From an uncultured Chthoniobacteraceae bacterium (GTDB lineage: Bacteria > Verrucomicrobiota > Verrucomicrobiia > Chthoniobacterales > Chthoniobacteraceae), in contig CAZEOO010000005.1 in the NCBI GenBank assembly GCA_964513965.1, positions 42,651-106,650 on the forward strand: a stretch of DNA of 64,000 nucleotides, in the 5' to 3' direction. Positions 9,044-17,040 of this stretch are shown in pieces. The notes below the pieces were generated by a model. It was not told where the DNA came from and ran no database searches. It worked only from the letters and a program-made list of their open reading frames with translations. Positions within the stretch are counted from its first letter, which is position 1; each line of letters starts with the position of its first letter. The translations under genes were made by a program, and so were the position numbers.

Positions 9044-10954
9044 ATGAAAACCAAACAGCTCTTCCTCGCCCAAATCCTTCTTCTTCACGCCATCACCGGC
9101 GCGATGGCCGCGAACGTTACCTGGCTGCCCAGCGGCGGAGCCGGCACGTCCGGCTCATGGTCCACCGCCTCCAACTGGAGCACGGGCGGCCTTCCCGGCT
9201 CCACCGATACCGTCGTGCTCGGCGACCCGGGAGCCACGACCCGCACCATCACTTTCGATACAAGCCTTTCCAAGACCGTCGCGGGCATCACTTTCACCGC
9301 GCCCGTGAGCGGCACCAGCATTCTGGATATTCAAGGGAGCCTTACGGTCAACGCCAGCCTTGGGATTGGGGCGAACTCGATGATTTACCTTGAGACGAAC
9401 AGCAGCAGCACCCAAAGCCCCGTCTACAAAGGCAACCTTTATGTCAACTCCGGCGGCACGCTCGAAATGGAGGCGACCGCAACCAGGCAAACGTATGTGA
9501 ATGGGGTGGTCAATCTGAACTCCGGCGGAAAAATCAACCTGGAGATGGGCACGGGAACCTCCGGGGCGTCCTCATACAACCTCGGGGTATGGGGATTCAA
9601 TATGAGCGGCGGAACGCTGAATGTGGGCGTCACCCCGCGCAACGGCGCGGCGGGCGACGCCACCGACAACCGGATCATCGTGGCCAACAGCGCCAACACA
9701 CTGAATGTGACCGGAGGCACGGTCAACATCTCGGGAACCACGTGGTCGCTTTACCTGCAAAGCCCCACCGGAACCGGCACAAACTATTACAACCCGACGG
9801 TACAAACCGGCTCGTTCTCGCAGTTCGTGTTCTACCCCTCCGCCACTGGCACGCAAATCCTTGTCACCAACCAGGTGTTGCCCACGCTTTATGTAAGAAC
9901 CGCCGGGGTGAACACCGTAATTAAGAACACCAATACCTCGACCAATGGCAACATCGGCACCATTCAATTGGCGAACACGGGAGCAAACCTCACAACCAGC
10001 CTGACCCTGGCCAGCAATCTGACCTGCACCCCCGGCAGCGGGCTTCCCACTCCATGGGGCACGGCGGCATCGGGCACGGTGGGCCTGGCCATTGACACCG
10101 GGGCAGGTTATACACTGGATATTACCAAATGCGGCAATGGCACCGCTACTTTCCAGCCCACCTCGGGCGGCACTGCCAACTGGATTTTCCAGGGCTCCGG
10201 CAGCATCAAGGCCTACGCTTTCGACTTGAGCAAGCCTTGGTTCAGCAACGTTCTTGGTTCCGTCACCCTGCAATCCACGGGAAACGCCGCGAACAATCTT
10301 GGCAGCAACGGCGGCTCCATCAGCGGCTCCTCCACGTTCCTTTACTCCGGGTCGGCCAGCGCCGCCGCTCCGGCCACGCTGACCTCCAACCGCGCCATCG
10401 GCAATTTGGAAGTGCGCAGCGGAGCCCTGCAAATCACGGGCACGACGCTCACGGCGGCGGGAACCGTTGCGGTCGATATCGGGGCCACGCTGAACCTGAC
10501 CCATTACGGCATCAAGACGGCGGGCGGCCTGACGGTGGAAAATGGCGCGAAAATCTCCATGCAAATCACGGGAACCACCGCGGGGACGGATTACGCGCAG
10601 ATCGTCGTCACCGATGCGGGCGGCCTCGTGACGCTAAAGACGGGGAGCCTCCTGGAACTTACCCTGAATGCCGGGCTCACCGTAGGTCAATTCGTGACGC
10701 TGATCGAAAATGAAAGCGCCAGCATCATTGACGGCAGCTTCAGCGCGGTGGTAATTGGCGGCAGCACTTACGACCTCACCGGCTCGAACGCGTTCACCTA
10801 TAATGGTCAGAATTACCAACTCGCCTACAATGTCAACGCGGACAACGGCGCGACGGGCAACGACCTGGAGTTGATGGCGGTGCCCGAGCCAAGCACCTGG
10901 GCCGCACTGGCCGGGGGGCTGGCGGTGCTCAGCCTCTGGCGGCGACGCAATTAA
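9044..10954 (+). CDS. PEP-CTERM-anchored surface protein with autotransporter-associated beta-strand repeats
   Basis: Signal peptide MKTKQLFLAQILLLHAITGAMA (ATG at 9044 preferred over the track start at 8906). Gly/Thr/Asn/Ser-rich repeats. The C-terminus VPEPSTWAALAGGLAVLSLWRRRN is a PEP motif, a TM helix and a basic tail. Confidence 0.8.
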   Translation: MKTKQLFLAQILLLHAITGAMAANVTWLPSGGAGTSGSWSTASNWSTGGLPGSTDTVVLGDPGATTRTITFDTSLSKTVAGITFTAPVSGTSILDIQGSLTVNASLGIGANSMIYLETNSSSTQSPVYKGNLYVNSGGTLEMEATATRQTYVNGVVNLNSGGKINLEMGTGTSGASSYNLGVWGFNMSGGTLNVGVTPRNGAAGDATDNRIIVANSANTLNVTGGTVNISGTTWSLYLQSPTGTGTNYYNPTVQTGSFSQFVFYPSATGTQILVTNQVLPTLYVRTAGVNTVIKNTNTSTNGNIGTIQLANTGANLTTSLTLASNLTCTPGSGLPTPWGTAASGTVGLAIDTGAGYTLDITKCGNGTATFQPTSGGTANWIFQGSGSIKAYAFDLSKPWFSNVLGSVTLQSTGNAANNLGSNGGSISGSSTFLYSGSASAAAPATLTSNRAIGNLEVRSGALQITGTTLTAAGTVAVDIGATLNLTHYGIKTAGGLTVENGAKISMQITGTTAGTDYAQIVVTDAGGLVTLKTGSLLELTLNAGLTVGQFVTLIENESASIIDGSFSAVVIGGSTYDLTGSNAFTYNGQNYQLAYNVNADNGATGNDLELMAVPEPSTWAALAGGLAVLSLWRRRN

Positions 10955-11032
10955 CTTAGAAAGTAACGGGCCGATTGACGCGATTCGTTTTTCGCAATAA
11001 ACCAGCCAAGTTCAGCCCCCCTACCCTCGCCT

Positions 11033-12748
11033 ATGTCTTCGACCCTGCCAAACTCCGCCCCCTTCATGCCCGCCACCGGCCGAATCCGCGCTTTCGTTCT
11101 TGCCGGAATCGCCGGGGCCATGGCCATTCTTTCCGCCCCCTCTATGCAAGCCGCCCCATGGAAACCCGACCCGTCGCTCAGCAACCCCAAGCAACGTCTC
11201 AAGCTTTACGAGATCGGCCGCCGCTATTGTGAAGCCCACTACGATGACGCGGTGGGGCTGGTTGGGACGGATCGCAAAATCATCCGCGAATCCGCCTACT
11301 ACGCCTGCACGCTGCTGATGACCGGCGACCCCGCCGACCGCAAGCTGGCGGAGAAGATCCTGCGCGTGGTGTTGACCAAACAGGACTTGCGCAAGGACCA
11401 GTCCACCTACGGCTGCTTCACGGTCTACTTCGATACCGACTGGACCAACTACCCCAACCCCGATTTGAATTTCTGCCAATTCGTGGGCATGGCGCTCGCC
11501 GAAGCCATCGATATCGACAACCAGCAGCACCACGTCCTCTCGCCGGACCTGCGGAGCCAACTGGACACCGCCTTCAAGCTCGCCGTGGACCAGACCATGC
11601 GGCGCGACGTGGACCCGAGCTACACCAACATCTCCATTCTTTCGGCAGCCGTCGCGGCGGCGGGCGACAAGCTTTTCAAAATCCCCGGCGCAAAGGATTT
11701 CGCGTTGAGCAAGGCTTCGTGGATTCTCTCCCGGGCCGTGCCGGGAATGACGGTGAAGGAATACCTCTCGCCCACTTACTACGGAACGGATTTGTACGCG
11801 GCCTATGAATTGAAAAAGTACGCCGACTCCCCGGACTTGAAGAACGCGGCCAACCGCCTCATCGACTTCTTCTGGCAGGACATCGCCGCCGCCTATCACG
11901 CGCCCACGCTCCAACTGGCCGGGCCGTTCTCCCGCACCTATGGCGACAGCATGCTCGATTATGCGGCCATGGTGAAATATTTCATCTACTTCGCACTGGA
12001 CGGGAAGTATCCGCTGCCGGACGTGGAGGCCGAGCATAGTTGGGATTGCGGCGGCCTGGGCCTCATCGCCGCGCTTCCTCTGGAGGTGCGCTCCGAGTTC
12101 AAGAAAAAGACCGAAACGTGGCGCGAAGTGATGGCGGACCGCCCCGGCAACATCCTGCTGCGGCAATACCGCAAGGGTGACTTCATCCTGGGCAGCGTCA
12201 ACCAGCAAGGCTTGTGGAAGCAGCAGCGCAGCGTGGTGGCTTTCTGGCCCATCACCGCCCCGGCGTGGAATGTCGGTTTTTGCATGGATATGTCCACGCT
12301 GACGATGAAGGACAATTACGCGCGCTATAAATCCGTACAGTCGAAGTCGGCGGTGCTCGCGGCCATCACCGGCAAAGCGCCCGTTCCGGACAAAGGCGGG
12401 CTGCGTTTCGGCTTCAACCTTGGCGCTGAAGGCCAGGAACTCCAGGACGGCCCGGCGGGGGCTTACCTCGTCAAAGATGGCGACGTAACCACCTACATTT
12501 ACCCGGTGACGCAGACCGCCGGGAAGCTGACCACCGCCAAGGACAAGAATTGCTTTTACGTGGACCGCTCCTGGGCTTGCGCCGACGCCGCCGAAAAATT
12601 CAGCGTGCTCTCCTATCTCGTGGTGTTCCAGCTTCCGGGCGAAGCGGCCCCGGCGGTGAAGGATCTCGCATTGAAAGTGAACAACGGCACGGTGAGCATC
12701 AGCGCCAATGTCAACGGCGAGCCGCTCACCCTGGAAGTGAACAAATAA
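11033..12748 (+). CDS. secreted protein of unknown family, tandem paralog A
   Basis: 571 aa with an N-terminal signal-like segment ...RIRAFVLAGIAGAMAILSAPSMQA. By eye about half its residues are identical to the next gene along the full length. No family recognised. Confidence 0.7.
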   Translation: MSSTLPNSAPFMPATGRIRAFVLAGIAGAMAILSAPSMQAAPWKPDPSLSNPKQRLKLYEIGRRYCEAHYDDAVGLVGTDRKIIRESAYYACTLLMTGDPADRKLAEKILRVVLTKQDLRKDQSTYGCFTVYFDTDWTNYPNPDLNFCQFVGMALAEAIDIDNQQHHVLSPDLRSQLDTAFKLAVDQTMRRDVDPSYTNISILSAAVAAAGDKLFKIPGAKDFALSKASWILSRAVPGMTVKEYLSPTYYGTDLYAAYELKKYADSPDLKNAANRLIDFFWQDIAAAYHAPTLQLAGPFSRTYGDSMLDYAAMVKYFIYFALDGKYPLPDVEAEHSWDCGGLGLIAALPLEVRSEFKKKTETWREVMADRPGNILLRQYRKGDFILGSVNQQGLWKQQRSVVAFWPITAPAWNVGFCMDMSTLTMKDNYARYKSVQSKSAVLAAITGKAPVPDKGGLRFGFNLGAEGQELQDGPAGAYLVKDGDVTTYIYPVTQTAGKLTTAKDKNCFYVDRSWACADAAEKFSVLSYLVVFQLPGEAAPAVKDLALKVNNGTVSISANVNGEPLTLEVNK

Positions 12749-12761
12749 GCGCATCCAAAGG

Positions 12762-12791
12762 TCCTGCTTCCTTTGCCATAGGGAAGCAGGA
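12762..12791 (+). terminator. hairpin between the two paralogs (weak terminator candidate)
   Basis: Perfect 10-bp stem TCCTGCTTCC / GGAAGCAGGA with a 10-nt loop. There is no clean U-tract after it. Confidence 0.3.
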
Positions 12792-12856
12792 TAACGTGTT
12801 GCATTGCGAACGCGTTGAGGAAGCGACGGCGTCTGGATAACTTCAATTCCGACGCT

Positions 12857-14599
12857 ATGACATCAACCCAATCCCCTCTTCCGGCGGCCTCGGCTCGCTG
12901 GGCTCGCAAAATCCGCAATTTCTTCCGGCCCGCTCTCGTCGCCGGAATCGCGCTGGCCCTTATTCCCACACAGGGCCAATCCGCCGCATGGCAGCCCGAT
13001 GCGAAGCTCGGCGATCCCGCGCAGCATCTCCTGCTCTACAATACCGGCCGCCGTTGCGGTGACGACCGGTACGACGATAGCGTGGGCCTGACCACCACTA
13101 AACCCGGAAAAGGCGAACACCTCCTGCGCGAATCGGCTTACTACGCTTACGGCCTTTTGATGACGGGCGACGAGGCTGACCGCCAACGAGCCGAGAAAAT
13201 CATTCGTGTGATCCTGACCAAACAGGATTTGAACAAGGAGCGGGCCTCTTATGGCTGGTTCCCGATCCGGTTCGAAGATGAATGGGAAACGCTGGCCAAA
13301 CCGGACCCGAACTTTTGCCAATTTGTGGGGCTGGCGTTGGGGCAGATCATTGACCTCGATAACCGGCAAGGCCACGTGCTGCCCAAGGAGCTGCGCCAGC
13401 AATTGGAGACCTCCTTCCGAATCGCCGTCGAGGCCACGATTGTGGAGGATATCGACCCGAACTATACTAACATTTGTCTGCTTTCGGCAGCGATGGGTGC
13501 CGCGGGCGACAAGCTCCTGAACGTCCCCGGGGCACGGGCCTTTGCGAAAAAGAAGCTGCAATGGATCGTGGATCACAACGAAGGCGGCAACGCGGTCCGG
13601 GAATATTTGGCCCCAACCTATTATGGCATCGACCTGCTGGCGCTCTACACCGCCAAGGTCTTTGCAGCCTCCCCGGATGTGGCAAGTCTGGTAGACCGCA
13701 CCCTCGACGTGTTCTGGAAGGAAATCGCGGCTTCCTATCACGCACCCACCTTTCAGTTGGCGGGCCCGCATTCCCGGGCGTACTGCGAAAACATGCTGAT
13801 CTATGCATCGGGGTTGAAGTATTTCATCTACCTCGCCACGAATGGGCAATACCCCCTGCCGGATATCGACGACCCGACGGCGACTACGTGGGACGCCGGG
13901 TTTCTAACCATCGCCGCCGATCTTCCCGTGGCGCTGCGGCCAGAAATCGGCCACACGCCCACCCAGGCGTGGCGCGAGGTGTGCGTCAACGAACCCTCGC
14001 TTGGCATGGGCTTCCGGCAGTACCGCGACGGTGACTTCATCCTGGGCAGCATCAACCGGCAGAGTTTGTGGAAGCAACAGCGCAGCGTGGTGGCTTATTG
14101 GCCGGTGACCTCGCCTTCGTGGCACGTGGCCTTTTGCCAGGATATGTCCGCGCAGACCCTCGATGATGGCTATGCGCATTATGCCTCGGTGCAGTCCAAA
14201 AACGCGGTGCTCGCCGCGATCACCGGCCCGAACCCGATGCCCAAAAAAGGCGGCTTGCGGTTCGGGTTCAACAGCGAAGCGCAACCGAAGGAAGGCCCGG
14301 GCGGCACTTGCGTGGTGCGGGACGGCGAAGTCGCCGTCCATATCTACCCCGTAACTCGCTCCGAAGTGCAAATGAGCGTCCATACCGATAACGGCAGGAT
14401 TTTCGTGGAGCGGCCATGGTCGACCTCCGATCCCGTGGGCGGCTCCAACCTGCTTTCTTACCTGCTCGTTTTTCAACTCCCGGGCAAACCAGAGCCGGTC
14501 GTGAAAGACCTGGCGCTAAACACCGTCGGCGGCGTGACCACCGTCAGCGCGACCGTGGACGACGCGCCGCTTTCTCTTGAGGTCGAGGTCGCCAAGTAA
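12857..14599 (+). CDS. secreted protein of unknown family, tandem paralog B
   Basis: ATG at 12857 (the track start at 12815 is a TTG). Signal-like FFRPALVAGIALALIPTQGQSAA. Blocks shared with paralog A include RESAYYA..LLMTGD.ADR..AEKI.RV.LTKQDL, PNFCQFVG.AL, YHAPT.QLAGP.SR.Y and GDFILGS.N.Q.LWKQQRSVVA.WP. Confidence 0.7.
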   Translation: MTSTQSPLPAASARWARKIRNFFRPALVAGIALALIPTQGQSAAWQPDAKLGDPAQHLLLYNTGRRCGDDRYDDSVGLTTTKPGKGEHLLRESAYYAYGLLMTGDEADRQRAEKIIRVILTKQDLNKERASYGWFPIRFEDEWETLAKPDPNFCQFVGLALGQIIDLDNRQGHVLPKELRQQLETSFRIAVEATIVEDIDPNYTNICLLSAAMGAAGDKLLNVPGARAFAKKKLQWIVDHNEGGNAVREYLAPTYYGIDLLALYTAKVFAASPDVASLVDRTLDVFWKEIAASYHAPTFQLAGPHSRAYCENMLIYASGLKYFIYLATNGQYPLPDIDDPTATTWDAGFLTIAADLPVALRPEIGHTPTQAWREVCVNEPSLGMGFRQYRDGDFILGSINRQSLWKQQRSVVAYWPVTSPSWHVAFCQDMSAQTLDDGYAHYASVQSKNAVLAAITGPNPMPKKGGLRFGFNSEAQPKEGPGGTCVVRDGEVAVHIYPVTRSEVQMSVHTDNGRIFVERPWSTSDPVGGSNLLSYLLVFQLPGKPEPVVKDLALNTVGGVTTVSATVDDAPLSLEVEVAK

Positions 14600-15604
14600 A
14601 CGCGGCGGCGCGGAAGCCCCGGCTCTCCAAACCCCTTCCACCAGGGTCGAGTGCGGGGTTTCCGGCAGCCCATAGATGTTGCTGTTGAGCAGGTGCACCA
14701 CGGTGTCCACGGCCGCCGCGCCGACAGATTCGTGGCGCTGGTCGATACCCGCCAGCCCGGGGTGCCCGTGCCAGTCCAGCGTCGCGCACGCGATCTGCCC
14801 GGGAAAGTGCCTGGCCACCAGGGCCGGCACGGAGGGGTCGAAAAAGAGAATGCTGTCGATTTGGTAACGTTCGCGCCATTGCAGGAAGTCCTCATCGCGA
14901 AGGTCTCCCTTGTAGAGCAGCGGCAGAATGAGCGACCCCGGGTGGCGGTGTTGCCAGCCGAAGTACGCGGACGAGGGCCGCAGATCCAGCCGCGAATCGT
15001 GATCCTCCGCCATGACCAGCCCGATCCTCCGGTAGCCGAGCTTTAAAAGCTCGCTGCAAGCCGTCGTCATCATCGTGTGATGGTCAGCTTGGGCATAGTG
15101 CACCGGCGGCTCCGTCATGTGGTGGCCAATGGCGGCGCACGCAAAGGAATCGAACGGCAGATCAATCTTGGCCAACACTCCCGAAACCGGCAGCAAAATG
15201 CCTTTGATCGCGCGCGTGCTCAAAATTTGCCGGACGCGTTCGGCGCTCAGCCCGTCGCGGTGCGCGAAAATCTCCTCCACGCGATAGCCGAGTTCGGCTG
15301 CGCGAGCGATGGCTCCCTGGAGCTGCCTGCGAGGCGTATCCCACGTGGTCAGCGGAAGCTTGGCCGTAAAGTAATTGAGATAAGCCAGGCAGCCGCGAAA
15401 CGGCATTTCGGTCTTGGTGGAGCGCACGTAGGCCATCCACGCCGCGACGTAGGCGTTCGTTTCGTAGCCCATCTCCACGGCCAGCTTTTGGATGCGCCGC
15501 CGGGTCGCCTCGCTCAAATGCGGATCGTCCCGCAAAGCACGGGAAACCGTGCAGTTGGAAACCCCTGCCGCAAGGGCGATGGTTCGAATGGTGGGGCGTG
15601 GCAT
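14516..15604 (-). CDS. LacI family transcriptional regulator
   Basis: N-terminal HTH MPRPTIRTIALAAGVSNCTVSRALRD followed by a periplasmic-binding-protein-like sugar-binding core. Its 3' end overlaps the convergent paralog B by 84 bp. Confidence 0.85.
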   Translation of the reverse strand: MPRPTIRTIALAAGVSNCTVSRALRDDPHLSEATRRRIQKLAVEMGYETNAYVAAWMAYVRSTKTEMPFRGCLAYLNYFTAKLPLTTWDTPRRQLQGAIARAAELGYRVEEIFAHRDGLSAERVRQILSTRAIKGILLPVSGVLAKIDLPFDSFACAAIGHHMTEPPVHYAQADHHTMMTTACSELLKLGYRRIGLVMAEDHDSRLDLRPSSAYFGWQHRHPGSLILPLLYKGDLRDEDFLQWRERYQIDSILFFDPSVPALVARHFPGQIACATLDWHGHPGLAGIDQRHESVGAAAVDTVVHLLNSNIYGLPETPHSTLVEGVWRAGASAPPRLLGDLDLKRKRRVVHGRADGGHAADGV

Positions 15605-15750
15605 GGAACGGGCTCGGCTTATAGCAACTCGCGCCCCGAATTACCAATTTATTCAAAGCTCTCAAAAGCAACTCCGCTCCTTTCGGTGAAAACCGGAGAC
15701 ATTTGCTTGCGCGACGGCGGACCATTGCGGAAAATCGCAATTTCCCCGCG

Positions 15751-17019
15751 ATGAATTCCCGAAAACTTTTCCCCATATGGCTGGCGGCTTTATTGACCCT
15801 GCCCGGCCTCTGCCTACGACTGACCAGCGTGCCGCTTGACTCGCCGCTGGTGGCGCTGCTTTCGGGCGCGGCGATTCTCGGAGCCTCCTTCCTGCTGCTT
15901 TGGGCGTGCGACGCGGCCCAGGCGGATATTTCGCAGGCGCTCGCGCTGGCCACGGTGGCGCTGATTGCCGTACTGCCGGAGTACTCCGTGGATATGTACT
16001 TCACGTGGCAGGCGGGCAAGTTCCCCGAGAGTGGCTACGCCCATTATGCCATCGCCAACATGACGGGCGCGAACCGGCTCTTAATTGGCGTGGCATGGGG
16101 GCTTATCGCGCTCATTTGCTGGGTGCGCTTCCGGCGGCCCGTGAGGATCGAGCGGGAGCGGCGCACGGAGCTTTTCTTTTTGGGCCTCTCCACGATTTAC
16201 GCTTTCGTGATTCCGTTCAAGGGGACGCTGGCATGGTATGACGGCGTGGTGCTGCTGGGCATCTACGTCTGGTACATCATCGTGGCCGGAACCCGCCCCT
16301 GCGGCGAAGTGGAGGCGGAAGGTCCGGCGCTGGTCTTGATTTCCCTGCCGAAAGCGAAACGCCGCGCCGCCACGCTGGCGCTCTTTTGCTTCGCGGGCGG
16401 CGTGATCCTTTGCAACGCGGGGCCGTTTTGCGAAGGGTTAATTGGCACCGGCACGCACTTCGGCATCAACCGCTTTTTGTTGGTGCAATGGCTGGCTCCC
16501 ATCGCCTCGGAAGCCCCGGAATTCATCGTGGCCCTGGTGTTCGCGTGGCGCGGGCAGGCGGGCTTGGCCCTGGGCAGCCTGCTTTCGGCCAAGCTCAACC
16601 AATGGACGCTGCTGGTGGGGATGATCCCCGGCGTTTTCGCGCTTTCGCACGGTTCGCTGGACCACCCGCTGCCGATGGGGGCGCTCCAGATGCACGAGAT
16701 TCTGCTCACCGCTGCGCAGTCCTTCCTGGCCGTGGCGCTGCTGGCTTCGTTGCGGCTGACCATCGGCGGGGCGCTGCTACTCTTCGGGCTTTTCGTGGGG
16801 CAGTTCATTCTGCCGGAGCTGGTGACGGCGAATCCGACGCTCTTTTTCGGGCTGAAACCCGAGCAAATTCACCCGGTCTTCTCCACGCTCTACTTCGCCG
16901 CTTCCGCGCCGTTTTTCGCCTATCACCCGAGCCGGTTCTTCCGGCTGGCGGAGGGCTACCGGCTGACGCTGCCGCCGGAAAAGAAAAAGGCCGGCACGCC
17001 GGAAAAAATCGCGGCGTAA
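15751..17019 (+). CDS. Ca2+/cation antiporter (CaCA, Na_Ca_ex) family membrane protein
   Basis: Polytopic membrane protein with two alpha-repeat-like motifs (IAVLPEYSVD and APIASEAPEFIVALVFA). ATG at 15751 is preferred over the track start at 15703. Confidence 0.6.
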   Translation: MNSRKLFPIWLAALLTLPGLCLRLTSVPLDSPLVALLSGAAILGASFLLLWACDAAQADISQALALATVALIAVLPEYSVDMYFTWQAGKFPESGYAHYAIANMTGANRLLIGVAWGLIALICWVRFRRPVRIERERRTELFFLGLSTIYAFVIPFKGTLAWYDGVVLLGIYVWYIIVAGTRPCGEVEAEGPALVLISLPKAKRRAATLALFCFAGGVILCNAGPFCEGLIGTGTHFGINRFLLVQWLAPIASEAPEFIVALVFAWRGQAGLALGSLLSAKLNQWTLLVGMIPGVFALSHGSLDHPLPMGALQMHEILLTAAQSFLAVALLASLRLTIGGALLLFGLFVGQFILPELVTANPTLFFGLKPEQIHPVFSTLYFAASAPFFAYHPSRFFRLAEGYRLTLPPEKKKAGTPEKIAA

Positions 17020-17040
17020 CCGGCCTTTCAGAAAAGCTGC

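Noticed and set aside
11021-12754. Very long ORFs antisense to well-supported genes. Examples: 55-987(+), 1313-2656(+), 2879-4066(+), 5329-6600(-), 11021-12754(-), 18542-19945(+), 28316-30229(-), 31404-33074(-), 33565-34893(-), 45411-46400(-), 48385-50181(-).
   Set aside because: These are typical shadow ORFs of a GC-rich genome. Their translations are Arg/Gly/Ala/His/Val-rich low-complexity sequence with no recognisable motifs. Each is fully covered by an opposite-strand gene with clear family signatures.
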